DNA from: Chrysomallon squamiferum
Lineage: Eukaryota; Animalia; Mollusca
Length of the DNA: 64,000 nucleotides
NCBI GenBank assembly: GCA_012295275.1
Contig: CM022665.1
Location: 7,130,001-7,194,000 of the forward strand
Direction: 5' to 3'
Shown one piece after another: positions 37,000 to 51,754 of the stretch. Numbering within the stretch: position 1 is the first letter of the stretch; every line of letters starts with the position of its first letter. Both the position numbers and the translations under genes were made by a program. The notes beneath the pieces were generated by a model. It was given only the letters and a program-made list of their open reading frames with translations, searched no databases and was not told the origin of the DNA.

Positions 37000-39588
37000 T
37001 AATAATTTATGTAACAATTGTAATATTAAAATATTCTGTTTTTTTATCTTTTAAATTCAGCATATCAATATATTTTTTGTCAGACCATTTCTTCAGTGTT
37101 CTGGAGGGGAACAAAACTGTAATTTGTTTACTGACAAAATTTTGTATCACTTTGTTTTTTAATTTATTATTAATATTTGTTCTATGAACAAATGTAATAA
37201 TAATGCAGAAATACTAATACCGTTATTAGATGTTTGTCTACAATGGCTTTGTAGATTATGTAGATTAATTGTAAATAAAGTGGTTATTTTCTTATTTCTA
37301 AAAAAGACATTTAAAAAAAAATTGGTGACATTTATTTTTAACCAAAATTAAACATGTTTAATGATGGTTTGAAATATAAAAAGTTGTATACAATATACAA
37401 AATATACTTAAATCATTGCAAGTGTTCATTTATCACTATAATGTAATGAGGGTTGTTTTGTGGTTTTTCTAAAATTTCTGATTTTTTAAACACATTTCAT
37501 ATATTACATACATGGTACTTCATTCATGTACTATAAATAAAGAACTGAATTAAATTAATATTTATTGTTACTCCAGCTGCAACATTCTGTATACTAACCA
37601 AATTAACTAACTTCACAAACTAAAGAAGTGGCCTGCTTAACATAGACATCCATAATGGCTGTTTTTTTGTTTTGTATTTTGCCCCTTTACTTGCCATCTC
37701 CTTTTGGCCAGGAATGTTTTATGCATGGCTGGGCACTCTCCTGAGAAAGTGTTACAGATACGGAGTTACAAACATTCTTGTAACAGTTAAAAGTATGATT
37801 TTGTCACTTGCTTGAGTATGGCAATTTATATAATTCTGTTTAGACAGGTCCCAAAAAAGAGAAATCTATTTTTCCAGATCAAAATAGATGTTTGTCAGTT
37901 CATGCTGCTGCTTAAGTTTCAAGAATAAATATGTTTTCATCAATCTCTTTAATAACAGCTGCTCCCAGTTTTGTAATGAGTGAGCTACAATTCTCAAAAA
38001 TGTTTAAAACTGCTCTGTAGAAAATAACATCAAAGCCTCATGCTAAAATGATTTACCTGAAAATTCTGAATGAGCATTTAAAGTGTTTTTATACTTCAGT
38101 CACAAAATATTTACTTTTGCTAAATACTTGAACAAGAAAAAATAAAATGTATATTTTTATTCTTCAAGACACTTTTCAAAGAAGCATCAATGGTCAGTAT
38201 TCTGAAGAACAAAATTTAAGATATTTTTGACAACTTTCAGTTAGAATAAATGTTATATAAGATATTTAAAATGGATTTTTTTTTTTTTTAAAGAAATAAA
38301 AACAAGTACCTCTGGAAGGTAAACAAGTGACCTACATAAAATGCATGCAGCTTTTTAAAAGATAAATGAATAAACCATGTTATCTTGTTAAAATAATATA
38401 ATTATCACTATTTAGAAAATTTACTGGATGCACTTTGCATAAAGTATGTGTGCTTATGGGCGTTGTATTTTTGTATACTTTGGAGGTTTTTTTTGTTTTT
38501 ATGTCTTAGTTATTTGTGTATGTTCACTACATGCTCATTTTGTTAAAGTGTAAAATACTTTATTATAATTATCACATTTATTGTGTCTTTATTCCTTTAA
38601 CCAAAATCTAAAGACCCAAACTCAGTGAGACTGGATTGTTATTAAAATATTTTTCACAATAGTGATATCATCATGATTCATACATACACATGCATTACTA
38701 TTTACAATATTTAATTGTAACTACCAATCTTAATAAAAAAAATTTACTTTCACACAATTAACCATGAATGAAAATCCAGTTTATCACAAAGAGAAAAGCA
38801 AGGGCTATGATTACTAATTCAAACATATTTATTTGCTGAAACATATATAAGTTTTGCCCAAACTATTTCACACATACCTCATCATTACTGTCACTGATTA
38901 ATGTGTATAGTTTATCAAAGTTGTAAAATGACAGCTGAGGAATATTTTCTTGTCCTGTTTGACAAATGCATGCTCATTTTCAATATTTCTATCAGTGCCT
39001 TGATTACAAGGGTTGAATAAAAATATATGACATGTTTTGCCTTTATACAATTTTTTTAATTTATTCTGTTTTCTTCAATCATCTTTGCAACTCACATAAA
39101 GAAATTTTTTATTTTTTTTATTTTTTTACACCACTTGCATCCTTTTATTTTAAACTATTTAAAATTTTCATTTTGTTAAAAAAGAAAAATGTGTTCCCGA
39201 TGCTAGTATTTTGTTCACTAATGTTCTAAATGTTAAACTCTTTATTTGTATGATAGTTTTATGTATATTAACTGGTTGTTAGAGATGTTGTTTACAACAC
39301 AAAATAATATATTATATTATAAAAGAATAAAAATTTAAATTATGTAGATTTATTACCAAATGTTTTTATTATTTACAATTCTAGATATTTTTAGAAACTA
39401 TTTTCTAATCTAAGGAATGTATTTACAGTCTAAGATATGTTGTTATTTCTTTGATATTCAGTTTTTGTTGCAGAATAGTAAAGGTAATAACTTAATCAAT
39501 ATTTTCCTCCTCCAGGACAATACATATTTAGTTTTTGAACATTTTATATGCATAATTTGGATATTCTGTTAAATTGTACTTTTGGTGA

Positions 39589-39619
<31 letters not shown>

Positions 39620-41905
39620 CTTGGCGTGTGTGTGCAAAAAACCTTATTATTGACCAGTCTAAGAATAAAGTATGACAATAAAACAAAAGGATATGAAGAA
39701 GTAGGGAGGCTGATGATACACCACCAGGTCCCATCACAAAAAATAAAATAAAAAACATTTCCTATATAGAAATGTTAAAACAGATGCTACAATACCCTTA
39801 TCCATCTTGAGATATGAAACAACTGACTTTAAATATATTGTCCAAATATTTTGGACACAGTGATATCATAATGAAATGGAAGATGCCATCATTCTTATTT
39901 TATTGTTACTATGTTGGAACAAAAGTTTGTAGTGTTTTTTTCAACAGGTGGTATTTGAGCATGTGATTTTGTTTTGTATGTCATGTATTCAGAAAGGTGA
40001 ACAAAGAGCAGTATGTGGTTGAATAAATCTTATGTTCAAATATCTAAATATTGCTTTTGAATTTCGTATATAAAAAACACTTTTAACTTTTGTTCCAACC
40101 CAGTATACAAGAAGGAAATAAAACAATATTTTTAAAACTTTAGCAAAAGTTCACTTTCAGTCTAATAATTATTTAAACAGAAAACTTTAAGATGTATTTG
40201 TCAATTTATAATTTTTATTTTTTTGTCATTTGCATATTACCTTTTATATTCATACAGTTAATCATTAAACGCACAAATGACATCTTGTTACAGTATCATT
40301 CTTTTTCACTTGTAAGTCGAAGTTTTTCTCCCTCAAAATATTGTTTAAAGGTAAGGGACATGATTAGAGAATGAAAGAAATTGAAAAAAGTCTCCGCCTA
40401 TGCAAATTTTGTAACTTTAATCAGGCACGATCAGATATTAAGGCCTTTGTTTAAACACTGGTTGTTACAAAAAGAACATTTTCACAATGGCAATTTCTTA
40501 TTCTAGCCTCTATCCTACGACTATTTTATCAAAGATTGTCTGAGTCAGTAAGATTCCTTGTTATTGATCATAATAATCTCATTCCTAATTGTATGTATAA
40601 TGTCAAATAACTCTAGATTTAAATTTTTACAGTGAATTTTAGTTATGTGGAAATTGATTCTAAATATTTTAGAAACTGATACAGCTATAAAATGAAGCAA
40701 AAAAATTTGGGAATCCAGTTATTTTTATTTTGAATCTAAACATGATCAATAGTGATATGCACAATTTCAAATATTTGGGAATGTTTTTAATAATATAAAA
40801 TGAATAATGCCTAAAATGGGAGAAAAGGTTGGACTTACAGGTGAAGGTGTATAGTAATTGTTTTCATAGATCTATTCTGTTGTTATATTATTGAGAGATA
40901 TAAATGTTTTAAATTGATTTGTTATCGTTTTTTTATTTTTGATATGTATGGATGTTTTGAAGTTGTTTAGATATGTAATTTGGTATATGATAACATTGTA
41001 ATATTATAGAAAATGTTTTATTACACACACACATACATTTGTTAACAAGCTATCTTAATATTAAATCTTAAATGGGAACCATTTTTAATTAATTAAAACT
41101 AGTCTAAACTGCTGAAAGTGGGTAGTTTGTTTTGTTTCAGTTTAACACTTTAAATAATGTAGCAGCCTAAAAACACATGCATAAATCGCAGATTTATCTT
41201 ATACTTATCGTTTCAATGAGATGTCCTAATGTAATGTTACAAAAATGTTGATTTGTCTGAAAGTCGGCGGTAACAACCTCCACATGTACACACGCCGTGA
41301 CTGTTGGGATTTATGGGAGGAGAATAAAGGGATTTAATTTGCATTTGTTCTTATTCTGCTCTTAGTAGATCGAAATTATTTATTTTACGATATGGTTTAT
41401 CAAGAAAATTGAAAGTAGAGGGGGTAGTAATCTCAAAACCTTTGGATATCACCGACTTAAGATAACCTCAAATTATCATATGTTAACTTATTATTCCATA
41501 CTTTCTGAATTTAACAAAAATGGCAAAAATGGTGTGAAATAACTCGTTTAATATTTTATGCTTTAAAACAGTTCACCTGAACTGGATTAGCAAACGTTTC
41601 AAATATTTTTGAAAATGTTCGCGCCTTTTCGTTTTTGACTGCAAATTGTAATCCAATCAGAGAGGGGATGGAAGGGGGACACAACCACTAACTGAGAGTT
41701 ATTCTTATAAACTGGTTTTTGGTCGTGTTTTCCAGATAGATGTCATTTGCGTTATAGCTCGGCGGAATATTGAACAGAATTTTCCTTTTGCTGCCGACAG
41801 TCCCTCGGTCATCACTATCATTACTTTTGTTCCTGAACTGAGTTACTTCTTTTCATTTTTTAAAATTTCCATTTAGTGGTCGTTTACTTACAACCAAATT
41901 TCAGC

Positions 41906-42667
41906 ATGTCGAAGTTGTTTTTAGTTGTTGTGGATATTTTGCCACGCACGGAATCCATGGATTTCACCCTGTTTGTTCAAAAAATGTGTGGCATTTTTGC
42001 TGCATATTCGAACGCTACAAAAGTGGTCCACCGGTTTAAAGTAAGTCATTAATACCATTTATACTGTCTATTGCTTTGGATACGAAACCAAAGTTAGAAA
42101 CTATCAAATTTAAATTAAATAAATGATTATAAAGAGTACACTTGAGTTACTGCTTCCACTCCCAGTTTTGAATTTATCATTTCTAGACATTGTAAAACAC
42201 GCACCCCAAAGACCAGGAAAAAAAAAAAAAAAAAAATTATTATTGTTTTTATTATTATTATTAATTATTTTTATATAAAGTTCAAAGAGAAAAGAAACAA
42301 ATTGCTATAATTGTGATAGGTGTTGCAGGATATTTATTCTGTAACAAGTTTTTAATTTTTAAAATATTTTAATTCAAGAATATATTTATTTTCCTGAAAA
42401 CAGAATGCTTGTGTACATGTATGTGCAATGCATCAATAATAAATAAGTCTTATAACGTTTTTTGTTTTTTGCTTTTGCTCACAGGTGTCAGGAGAGTCCA
42501 AAATTATTGCTAGTGAGTTTTTAATATTTTTTATATTTATTTATTTTATATGTTGTTTGCTTTATGATATTTTTCCCCATTATAACTTTTTGTAAAATAA
42601 ATTTATATATTGATATATTTTATTACAATTTTTATTATAAGCTAGTAATTTTCGAAATTATTATTAT

Positions 42668-42718
<51 letters not shown>

Positions 42719-44426
42719 TTTGTTAAACATAAGATGACACATGCCCTAATGATGCCTGATTGATCAAGTCAAGAGCCCCCCCCCACAAAAAATTATAAAA
42801 TTATAATAATAATTCACAAATAGCCGTATATGTAGACATTTTCAGTGTTGGTTGTTAAGAATATACCAATTTGAAGTATTGTTGGTAACAACACAAAACA
42901 GCAATTTGTAGATACATTTCTGTTTGTATTAACTTTATTTATGAAAATATAGATACAATCGTACAACAAAATATTATTTTCAAAGGAATAGGGCAAAATT
43001 GTAAATTGCATTTCCTACTGGGTGAAGTTGATAATTATTTTAAACAGTGTCAGTCTGTTTTAGCTGCACATAAAATGTATGGCAACTATGCCAAGTAGGA
43101 AATGGAATTTACTGAGATTTTATTCAAGGCAAGATCACTGGACACCATTTCAAATGCTATAGTTAGGGGGCATATTCTTTTCTAAATATTTATAGTGCAC
43201 TCTGCTGATTAACCAGATCTACAAAAATAAAATAACAATAGTTTAAATTAACATGAACCTACTAACAAAAATGGGTATGTTTGTGATATTAAAATAATAC
43301 AATTGTTGGAAATGATCAAGAATAGTTGTTTTTAAAAATAGAAGACAATCTGAAGAAATGAGGTAAATATTTTATGGGAATGTTGTAAACAGTTTTTGCT
43401 AAAATACTGCCAATAAAGGCATATTAAATATTGCTCTATTAAGAGCATATTTATGGTTAATGCGTCTAATTAAAAAAAAAAAAATTATTACAAATATACT
43501 AAAATGGTTTAAAGTTTGATATTGTTAAATTCTGAAGATGTAGTAATTTCTTTTTCTTTTTTTTCTTTTAACTTTTTTTAACTTTTGGATAAAAGTGTGT
43601 ACCCAGATTTAATTTACTTTGAAAAAGTTGCCATGCTTGTTATGTGGAGGTTGATATAGTTCAGTAGTAAATATTTTGTGCAGCACAAAATTTTGGTTTG
43701 ATAATTTCTTGGTACTTTAAAATGTTCAACATGAACTTGTGTATTGGTATTACTTTTATCACTAGTTTCAATGCATGTATAGTATAACTGTAATTATATT
43801 ACACATGTCCAAAAAGCATGGCTTATTATGCTTTATACAATATTTATTATAAATTATAACAATTGTTTTTTGAAATAAAATATTACAGTACAAATGTTTT
43901 AATTTTTATATTCTTAATTTTACATTCTTTCTTTTGAAAGACTTGAATATATTTAATTGCAACAGAGAAGAAATTACTACCCATCCCATGCTTGTCTGGA
44001 AGCAAAAGCATTTTTGATGAATTAGGTTCATAGAAAGAAGATGAGAGCAAAAATGACAGCATCATTAATCAAATTTTAATTAAATGACTGTGCCACAGTA
44101 AAATCATTGTTTTCTTTAAAACAGTATGACCTATCATGTTTGGAGTTAGATGTATGCATTTTTTCAGTGCTGCATTCATTGAAGGTAACTAAAGAGAACA
44201 TGATTTCAGTCAGTTTTGTTTTGTTTTATTTTGTTTCACCAGCTATCTAGAAGCCTAGCTGTTCATCAGGTTTGTATTACCTAAAAACAAAAATGAATAC
44301 TTTCCAGGTCACATTAATATTTTTGAGATTCAAAATGTTTAATTTTTATATTATTATTTTTTTTAGATCTCCATTCACAAGAGATGAAGATATGTTTTGT
44401 ACTAATATTGTTTGGCATTTTAACTT

Positions 44427-44460
<34 letters not shown>

Positions 44461-47400
44461 CAGATTAGTTTCTAATAAGTAAATAATTTAATAAGCCGGA
44501 TGTCTTGCATGATTTTAAAAAAATGATATATTCTTTATGTGGTAGCTAAGATACTTTTTCAGTACTCTGTTGCTGTACAAATATTCTACTCAAAACAGTA
44601 GGTACCAGTGCCTTTGTAAAGTTACACATTTTGTATACCAAAATGAAACCATTTACTTATTTTTATAATTACTGTTGTTATTTTAGTTTAAATTCAGTCC
44701 TGTAAAAGTATTAATGGAATTTAAGAAAATAACAAAGTAAAATTAGCTTAATATTTAGTAATTGCACAGTTAAGACCAAGAAAATGGTAAAACAAAAAAA
44801 TAATTCTGGTTCTGGCAGTGCATCTGTTCAATTAAAGTTGCTGTTAACTTTAATATTGGTATAAAAAAAAATGTTTGTAATACAACCAAATTAAGGTACA
44901 TGCCATTAAAAAAGTTTAACTGTTTAATGTGAGAAAAGTAATTGGGGTGCCTATGTACTGAATTTTCTCTAACCATATTTATTTTTTCATACACATTTCA
45001 AAATGTATATATTCATTTGGAATTTTAAAAAAAAACACACCTGAAAACAACAACAACAACAAAAATATACAAATTACCTTTATTGGATTTAAGAAGCCAG
45101 GTATATCTTGGGTTTTATTATTTATTTTGTTCTTATAATAAAAAGATACTACAGTGAAATAGTAGTTCATCTGTTAGGATAATGTTGGTCAAACAGTAAA
45201 GTGTTTACGTTAATAATTAAAGCCCTTCATGGAAATTAATATATTCTATGCTCCATTACTGATCAGAACTGAAAGTACAGACTTTTATGAGTTACGATGG
45301 CAAGCAGATGCTGTTTACATGTATGCTAGGTGAAACTTTAGTTTTATCTAGTAATATATAATTTCTGCTTTTTTAAATGAAAAAATCTTCATTTTATTGT
45401 TGATGCTCATATTTGGAGAAACTGCTTTTCGGCATAGGTTAAATTTTCAGAATGGACTAACTTCAGTTTTGTTAAATTATTTATCAATAACATGTCTTGG
45501 TCCATTTAGTAAGTTCAATATGTACTATTGTCTTTTGACAGTTTTTGAAGTGATGAACATGCTTGGGATGGAGCGTACCATTTCTGGTCTGTGGCGACTT
45601 GGAGGAGTAAATGTGACCATGACTCCATTGATTGCATATGAAAAGTTTGCCAAGTTTCTTGGAGCAAACCAGAAACTCACTGAATTCACCCTAAATGATT
45701 TGCCTGATGAGCATCTGTACTGGTTAACTTTTGATGTGGAATATACTGGTAAATGGATAAAATCTTTTATGAACGTCATCTACAGTAGAGAAAATAAATG
45801 GCCTGAATACTTTGTGAATATTTTTTAATACTTTGTAAAAACCTTATGTAATGTGGTATGTCAAGTCCAATAAAAGACATATTGTTATGTTTTCATTTGT
45901 ATTCAAATACCATATGTAGATCAGGCAGTAATTAAAGTGGAATATGTGTGATGTTTCTTTCTTTTTTTTCTTTTTTTTATATAATGTAATTTGATTTTAT
46001 ACATTATGGCTTTTTGGTTATTTGAAAAAAAGAAAATTTATTCTTCCATTTTAATATTTATTTTTATAACAGATAAATCCATAGAAGAACTCATGGACAT
46101 ATGGAAAAGGGAAGCAGAGAAAGTTTTGTCTGCCAGATGTGAGGTTGGATTGCCAATTGAACTGTATAAAGTTGTTCTTGAAAGACAGGTAGGAAAGAAA
46201 CCTTCACTGATACGTTATGTATCACAGACTATTACATTTTGAAAACACTAATCCTTATACCATAACAAGCTTGAATGACACACATTTTTTTCTCAATGCA
46301 AATTATTAGTTATTTAAAAATAGAAATCCATGAGACAAAAAATCAAATTGACAACATAAATAGGATAATAAGTAAATACTTTGTGGCACTGAAATAGTTT
46401 AATAATTGTTTGTACATATACACACATTACCTTAGCTTGCAGTGGAACACAATTTTGCTTTATTTACATATTAAAACAGCATTGTTATGGAGTATTCGAA
46501 TAGCAGCATCTAATGTAATTGGTACAAGACTGGAAATAAGTGGATGATCACATACTGAACAATACAAATACATGGTTTGTCATGTTAGGACAGGTGTCTG
46601 TATCTGTTTGCAAAATTAAACACCATGTATCTAAAATATCTAAGAATATTGTTTTTCTTTCTTTTTTTTTCTTTTTTTTCTTCTTTCTTTTTTTTTATCA
46701 GTGATTATCCATACATTGCATCAGTCTAGAATATTACAATCCAGAACTTCAGTTAAATGTATAAAGATCATTCCACAGCAATACAACAAAATTCCAGAAA
46801 CTTTCCTGGGTGACCATCTCTGATTTTGATAAAATATCACTCATTTGTGCATCTGTATAAATGATGGGACCAAATTCTCATTAGTTTTGAAATTAATGGT
46901 TAATCAAACGTAGGGCCTGTCAACCCAATTTTGGCACTTGTGACTGTCAAGATATTTCAGGCTAGATTCATTGTCAGTCGATATCCTTTTTCATCATATC
47001 CTGTGCTAAGAAGAGTTAAAAAGCTTTTAGAGAATTCCAATTTACAGAGGGTTTGCTTTTGGGGGTTTTCACTATATTAATTCATTTATTATCAAAACTT
47101 CCATTTAATTGTTCTCAACAGCCTGTCATATATGCAATGTTTACTTAAATTAAATTATCTTTTTGGTGATAGACGTAACGAAAATATCAGGTAGTTAACC
47201 AAACAATTCATTTTTGACGTGGCTACATTTCCTGATAGGCAATTTCCTGTATTCTAAAAGTAAAATTCATCTCTACCTAATGTTTTGCTACCAGTAATAT
47301 TTTTGATTCAGAATTATTTGCTCCATGGAGCATAATTCTGGTTTAACAAACATTATTGCAATTTTTAAAAACTACTGTAACAATAAAACTGACTTGTAGC

Positions 47401-49959
47401 CATAGCCAGGATGACGTTGAGATTAAAAATAATACTTGTGATTAAGATATGGTTACTAGTAAAAATCTGTTTAATGTGGTGTATAACTACAGGTATTTTG
47501 CACCAATAAATAGTGCATGCTTTGTTTTTGAACTTTGGAATACAGGTTAGAAACCCAAGTTTATTTACCTGTCACGGATTTGAGCCACAAAGTCAAAACT
47601 TGGTATACATACAGCAAATAGATAATAATTAATGATATTAAAAGCTCATTATGCTAGGTAATTGACCATATGGTCAGATCACCCCAGGTATGTATGCATA
47701 TTTGTTTTCATTTTGTAATTTTTTTTGGTCAACTTTGGACCCTAACATTATTAATATTTTACTGCATTCAGATAATCTTCTCATAAAAAAGCATCCAAAG
47801 GTACATACTTCTAAACAATCAACTCTATGACAAATAATTATCAAATCATAGACCTTGAAAATGTAAAAAAAATACACATTTTGAATGATAAAAAAACTAA
47901 ACTTTAGATGTCTCCAGCTGAATATCTTTATAATAAAGTTATTAGCTTTCAAAAATAGCCAGAAACATTTTGACAATCATGAGTACCCAAAAAGTCTTAT
48001 GATATTGACAGTTCATTCAGTTTCATGTATGATTCAGACAAAATGCAGTTTAACATTTAAGTGTGTGGGGGAGGTGTGGGGTTTTTTGTATCTGACAGTG
48101 TATTTAAGCACTCCAAAGCCCTCCAGTAATCCATCATTTTGTTCTGACCTATTTTTAGTGACTTCATTTTTTGTTTGAGATACCGACTGAAAACTGCATG
48201 AAAGTTAATCTTGAAGTCTTTATCTTTGTTTTTATTGCATTAATGTTATCTTGTATTGTGAAAAAAGGGCTTAATTTCAATCAGATGCGCCTTTGATAGC
48301 TGCCACCTCATTAATAGATTTACAGTAGGGTATTGTGAACATTGTCCGTACACTAATTTGTTTTGCTCACAGGATTAACTCTAGGAGCTTTTTTCATACA
48401 AACTTGACCAAATAAATGTGCAGTATCTTCATTTGCATATCCAATATAAATTATTTGCTTCCTGAAAGTAGAAAACATTGATGAAAAACTTCTGTAAAGT
48501 CACCTGACCATTTCTGAGAGTTCCCTTTTAAACATATATCACTGGGTAGATCATTTTTTCATTTCTTAAAGGACAGTGGAATTGAAGCTTGAAATAACTA
48601 TAGTGTTAATTCATGGCTGCTGAAGCTTATTCACCTTGATCATGAAAGCAACTGATCATTTTGATTTTACTTTAGTGTTGAATGATTTGTTTCCGATGAC
48701 AAAAAAAGCAAAAAAATGTATGGTCACATGACAACAGTTCTCAACTGCAGTTGTTACCTAAAAATAGCCTTTTCATTTATGATTTTTTGTTCAGTGATTG
48801 TGGTAATAGCTTGGAAATAATTATTGGAATTGATGATGGAATAAGTATGTTTAATAAGTGGTATTGGGGAAAATTGAGCTTGTTATGTTTCAAACTTGGT
48901 TCAAAACATACTGCATACATAAAAAATAACAGTAGGTCAATCAAAACAGATTTCATTATTCAGTCTCTTTTGTTTTACATTTGCTTCATAAAGTCGCCCC
49001 AAACAGGCTCTTGAAAATATTTTTTCCAAACTCACTTCTTAAATGTTATCTAACTAGAATTCAACTTCTGTTCCATTTACATTGACATCACAATACATAT
49101 AAATTTTGTAAATGTTACAGATCAATTCATTATTCATCCAGTTTTTGTCCATGTGTTCTTAATATACTCTAATTCAAGAGGAACAGTCACTCAACATCAT
49201 CTTTATTATTATATACCTTTAGGCTTTACTATAGCACAAAGACTGTACCTTGATGCTTAAGAAAACTACCAATTTTTAACATTTCAGATTTTGTTTTATT
49301 GCTTCTAAATGGATTGTATCATATAAATCTGTTCACTGATTAATTTAGTATAAAAACTATATAGTTTAAGTAGAAGGTGAGTTATTAATTTTCAAAGATT
49401 TAATAATTTTTTTACCATGTGAATGGTCTGGAACAGATGAATAATTTTACCAGCTTTGGCTTCCAGTATCAGTGTAAATAAACTTTGCAGATGTATAAAA
49501 AATTTAGATTGCATATTTTCAACACACAGTGTGTCATTATGAAATAATATTTGTCGGAGACAATCTTGCTTTAGAACTGCCCCTTGAAAATAGATTGATT
49601 GAAAATGGCAATTGGGTATGAACAATGTATACACAACAGATATTTGAATAATTTCATATTTTTTATCACTGAATTCAGGATAGAATTATAGTTGGGAATC
49701 AGCTTTGAATTTCCCGAAGAGAAAATCACATTGGAGTACATAATGTGTATATTGATCCTTCAGTGTAAATGAGAAAATAATTATTATTTTGATTTTTCAG
49801 GTACATGCATTTGTCAGTGTAGAATCTCCAGAAAAACTTGACGAGCTGGCATTCACCCTTCCTCTGATGCAGGAGCTTGGAGACAAAGTGCATATCAAGT
49901 GCAAAGCTGTGCAGAAGTTGGAAATATACAGCAAGAAAATTCTCAGTGATTACATGTAG
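41906..49959 (+). CDS. Uncharacterised 214-aa protein with two muconolactone delta-isomerase-like (dimeric alpha+beta barrel) repeats, 5 exons
   Basis: Exons 41906-42040, 42485-42512 (28-nt micro-exon), 45542-45748, 46073-46188, 49801-49959. GT-AG introns, phases 0,1,1,0 consistent, 645 nt. Protein MSKLFLVVVDI...VVHRFKVSGESKIIAIFEV...VNVTMTPL...LYWLTFDVEY...IWKREAEKVL...IELYKVVLERQVHAFVSVESPEKLDELAFTLPLMQELGDKVHIKCKAV... resembles the CatC pattern (LWRVxGxxxxxxIFDVxSxxELHxxLxxLPL...IxVTPL) twice. The gene structure is confident; the family call is from recalled motif similarity. Confidence 0.78.
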
Positions 49960-51754
49960 TTAAATAGCAGCTTCTGCAAATAGTGAAACATTTTCACTGA
50001 CACAGAACTTGTTCGGACAGACAACTATCATATAAACATTTAATATAAATACTGTGACTATTCTCTTTTTAACATAGTATTGAATAGTAGATGTTTGAGT
50101 TAGAGATTAATTCAGTAAAACTAACATTTCTCCTTAATACGTAATGCTGCCTTTCATCTGAGATAAAAAGAAAATTGAACAATATTAATTCCCATTTGGT
50201 TAGTAATATTGATAAAAAAGAATTCTAAACATATTGACTGGAAAATACTTGAAATAAAAAATTTAGTTTTTAGATTTTGATAGTCATTTTAGATAAGTAT
50301 AGGTTATAACAATTTTTTACTTTTAAAAATATTTTTATCCATTATAATAATAATAGAGGAAATTGCTTTCCTGTAAATGAATGTGGTAAAAACAAGTAAC
50401 AAAATTTAATAGCAATTTCATGGTAATTATGCGCAAAGTTATTGCTAATGGTGCAGTTTGAAATTTATGAAATAAAAAAAATTTTGCTGTGCAAAAGCAA
50501 GTTATTGTCCTTGTTAATAAAAAATTTTATATTGATTTAAACTTACGGATTTTTTGATCTTTTGATTTAAATTTTTTTTACAAATTCATTTCTATATTTA
50601 ATATAATACATTTTATTACATTTGAGCTACTTAAGCAAGCAGATTAGAATGTTTTTATTTTAATAAGTAAAATACATATTAACAAAATAAAATTAAAGAT
50701 TCAGTTCACTGAATATTGTGACGTTAGATTCATCTCTTAAAATATCAGTCATTAAGTATCCATTGTTCCCTGTTAACATGTTTTTCTGTATAGTGTGTCT
50801 TTATGATCCATATTTTCTTTCATTTCTTAGACTTTTCTTCAATTGTGTGATCATACGATAAACCACCAGCAGTAAAATGTCTGAAAAGGACCTATGGGAA
50901 TTATTGATTTAAGATAGCTAATCATGTTAAGGGATATTGAAAAATTAATAGAAATACTTAGATGATTTACTTTTTTTTAATAGAGGTTTAAATTTTATTA
51001 CATTTATATAATGAAATTGATGGGCTTCGACCTTTCTAATCAGATTTTCAGTTTTTAGTTGTATGCTTTATCATTTAACCTTTATTTTTGTTTATTATTA
51101 TTTTTTTTTTTACAATTTAGTTGCATATATTTTGTTCGTCTTGCAGTTTGTCGAAAACTAAATTAGTTTGACGACTGTCATCATCACTTTGTCCTAAATA
51201 AAAATAAAAGACCAGAGTCATTTTCCAGTTCTGTTTCTGTTGTTTTTTTTGGACACGTATCTTATGCTCTTTGCATTGACATTACTGTGTTAAAAAGAAG
51301 TCTGTTGAATGTATTGGACACTCATAGTGCATATTTTATTTAAATCTGATGAATTCATTTAATTTCAAAGCAGAACCTTTTAAATGAAACCTGTTCTATT
51401 CAGGTTTTATATTAATTTGAATACTGCAAGTTTATGTATATTATGAATGTGTAATGCAAAATGTTGCAGAAATAAAAACACAAAAGAAAAGTATTCTAAC
51501 AAATTTATTTCAGGTATTCAAACTACGATTTGTATTTAAAATATTAAAATATTATCAAAAACATAATGTATGTTATAATATGGATTTGAGGAGTGACTTG
51601 AGAATTGTTTCATGATCAGTTCAAATCTTCTTGTGTTCAACAAAAGGTAAAAATAAAAACTTCAAAAATAAATAAAAATATTGTATGGATTCAAAAAATT
51701 GATATAAACAAAAAAAATCTTATTAAGAACCATCACAGTCCAATGCTTTGCTGA

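Noticed and set aside
46780-49750. Complex sequence in the last intron of the MIase-like gene, possibly transposon remnants
   Set aside because: No recognisable transposase/RT motif or paired termini could be identified by eye.
50820-50880. Possible extra terminal exon of TEX43 (TTTTCAG acceptor, short open frames)
   Set aside because: TEX43 exon 3 already contains the conserved SRYQS end and a stop; no convincing in-phase donor was found.
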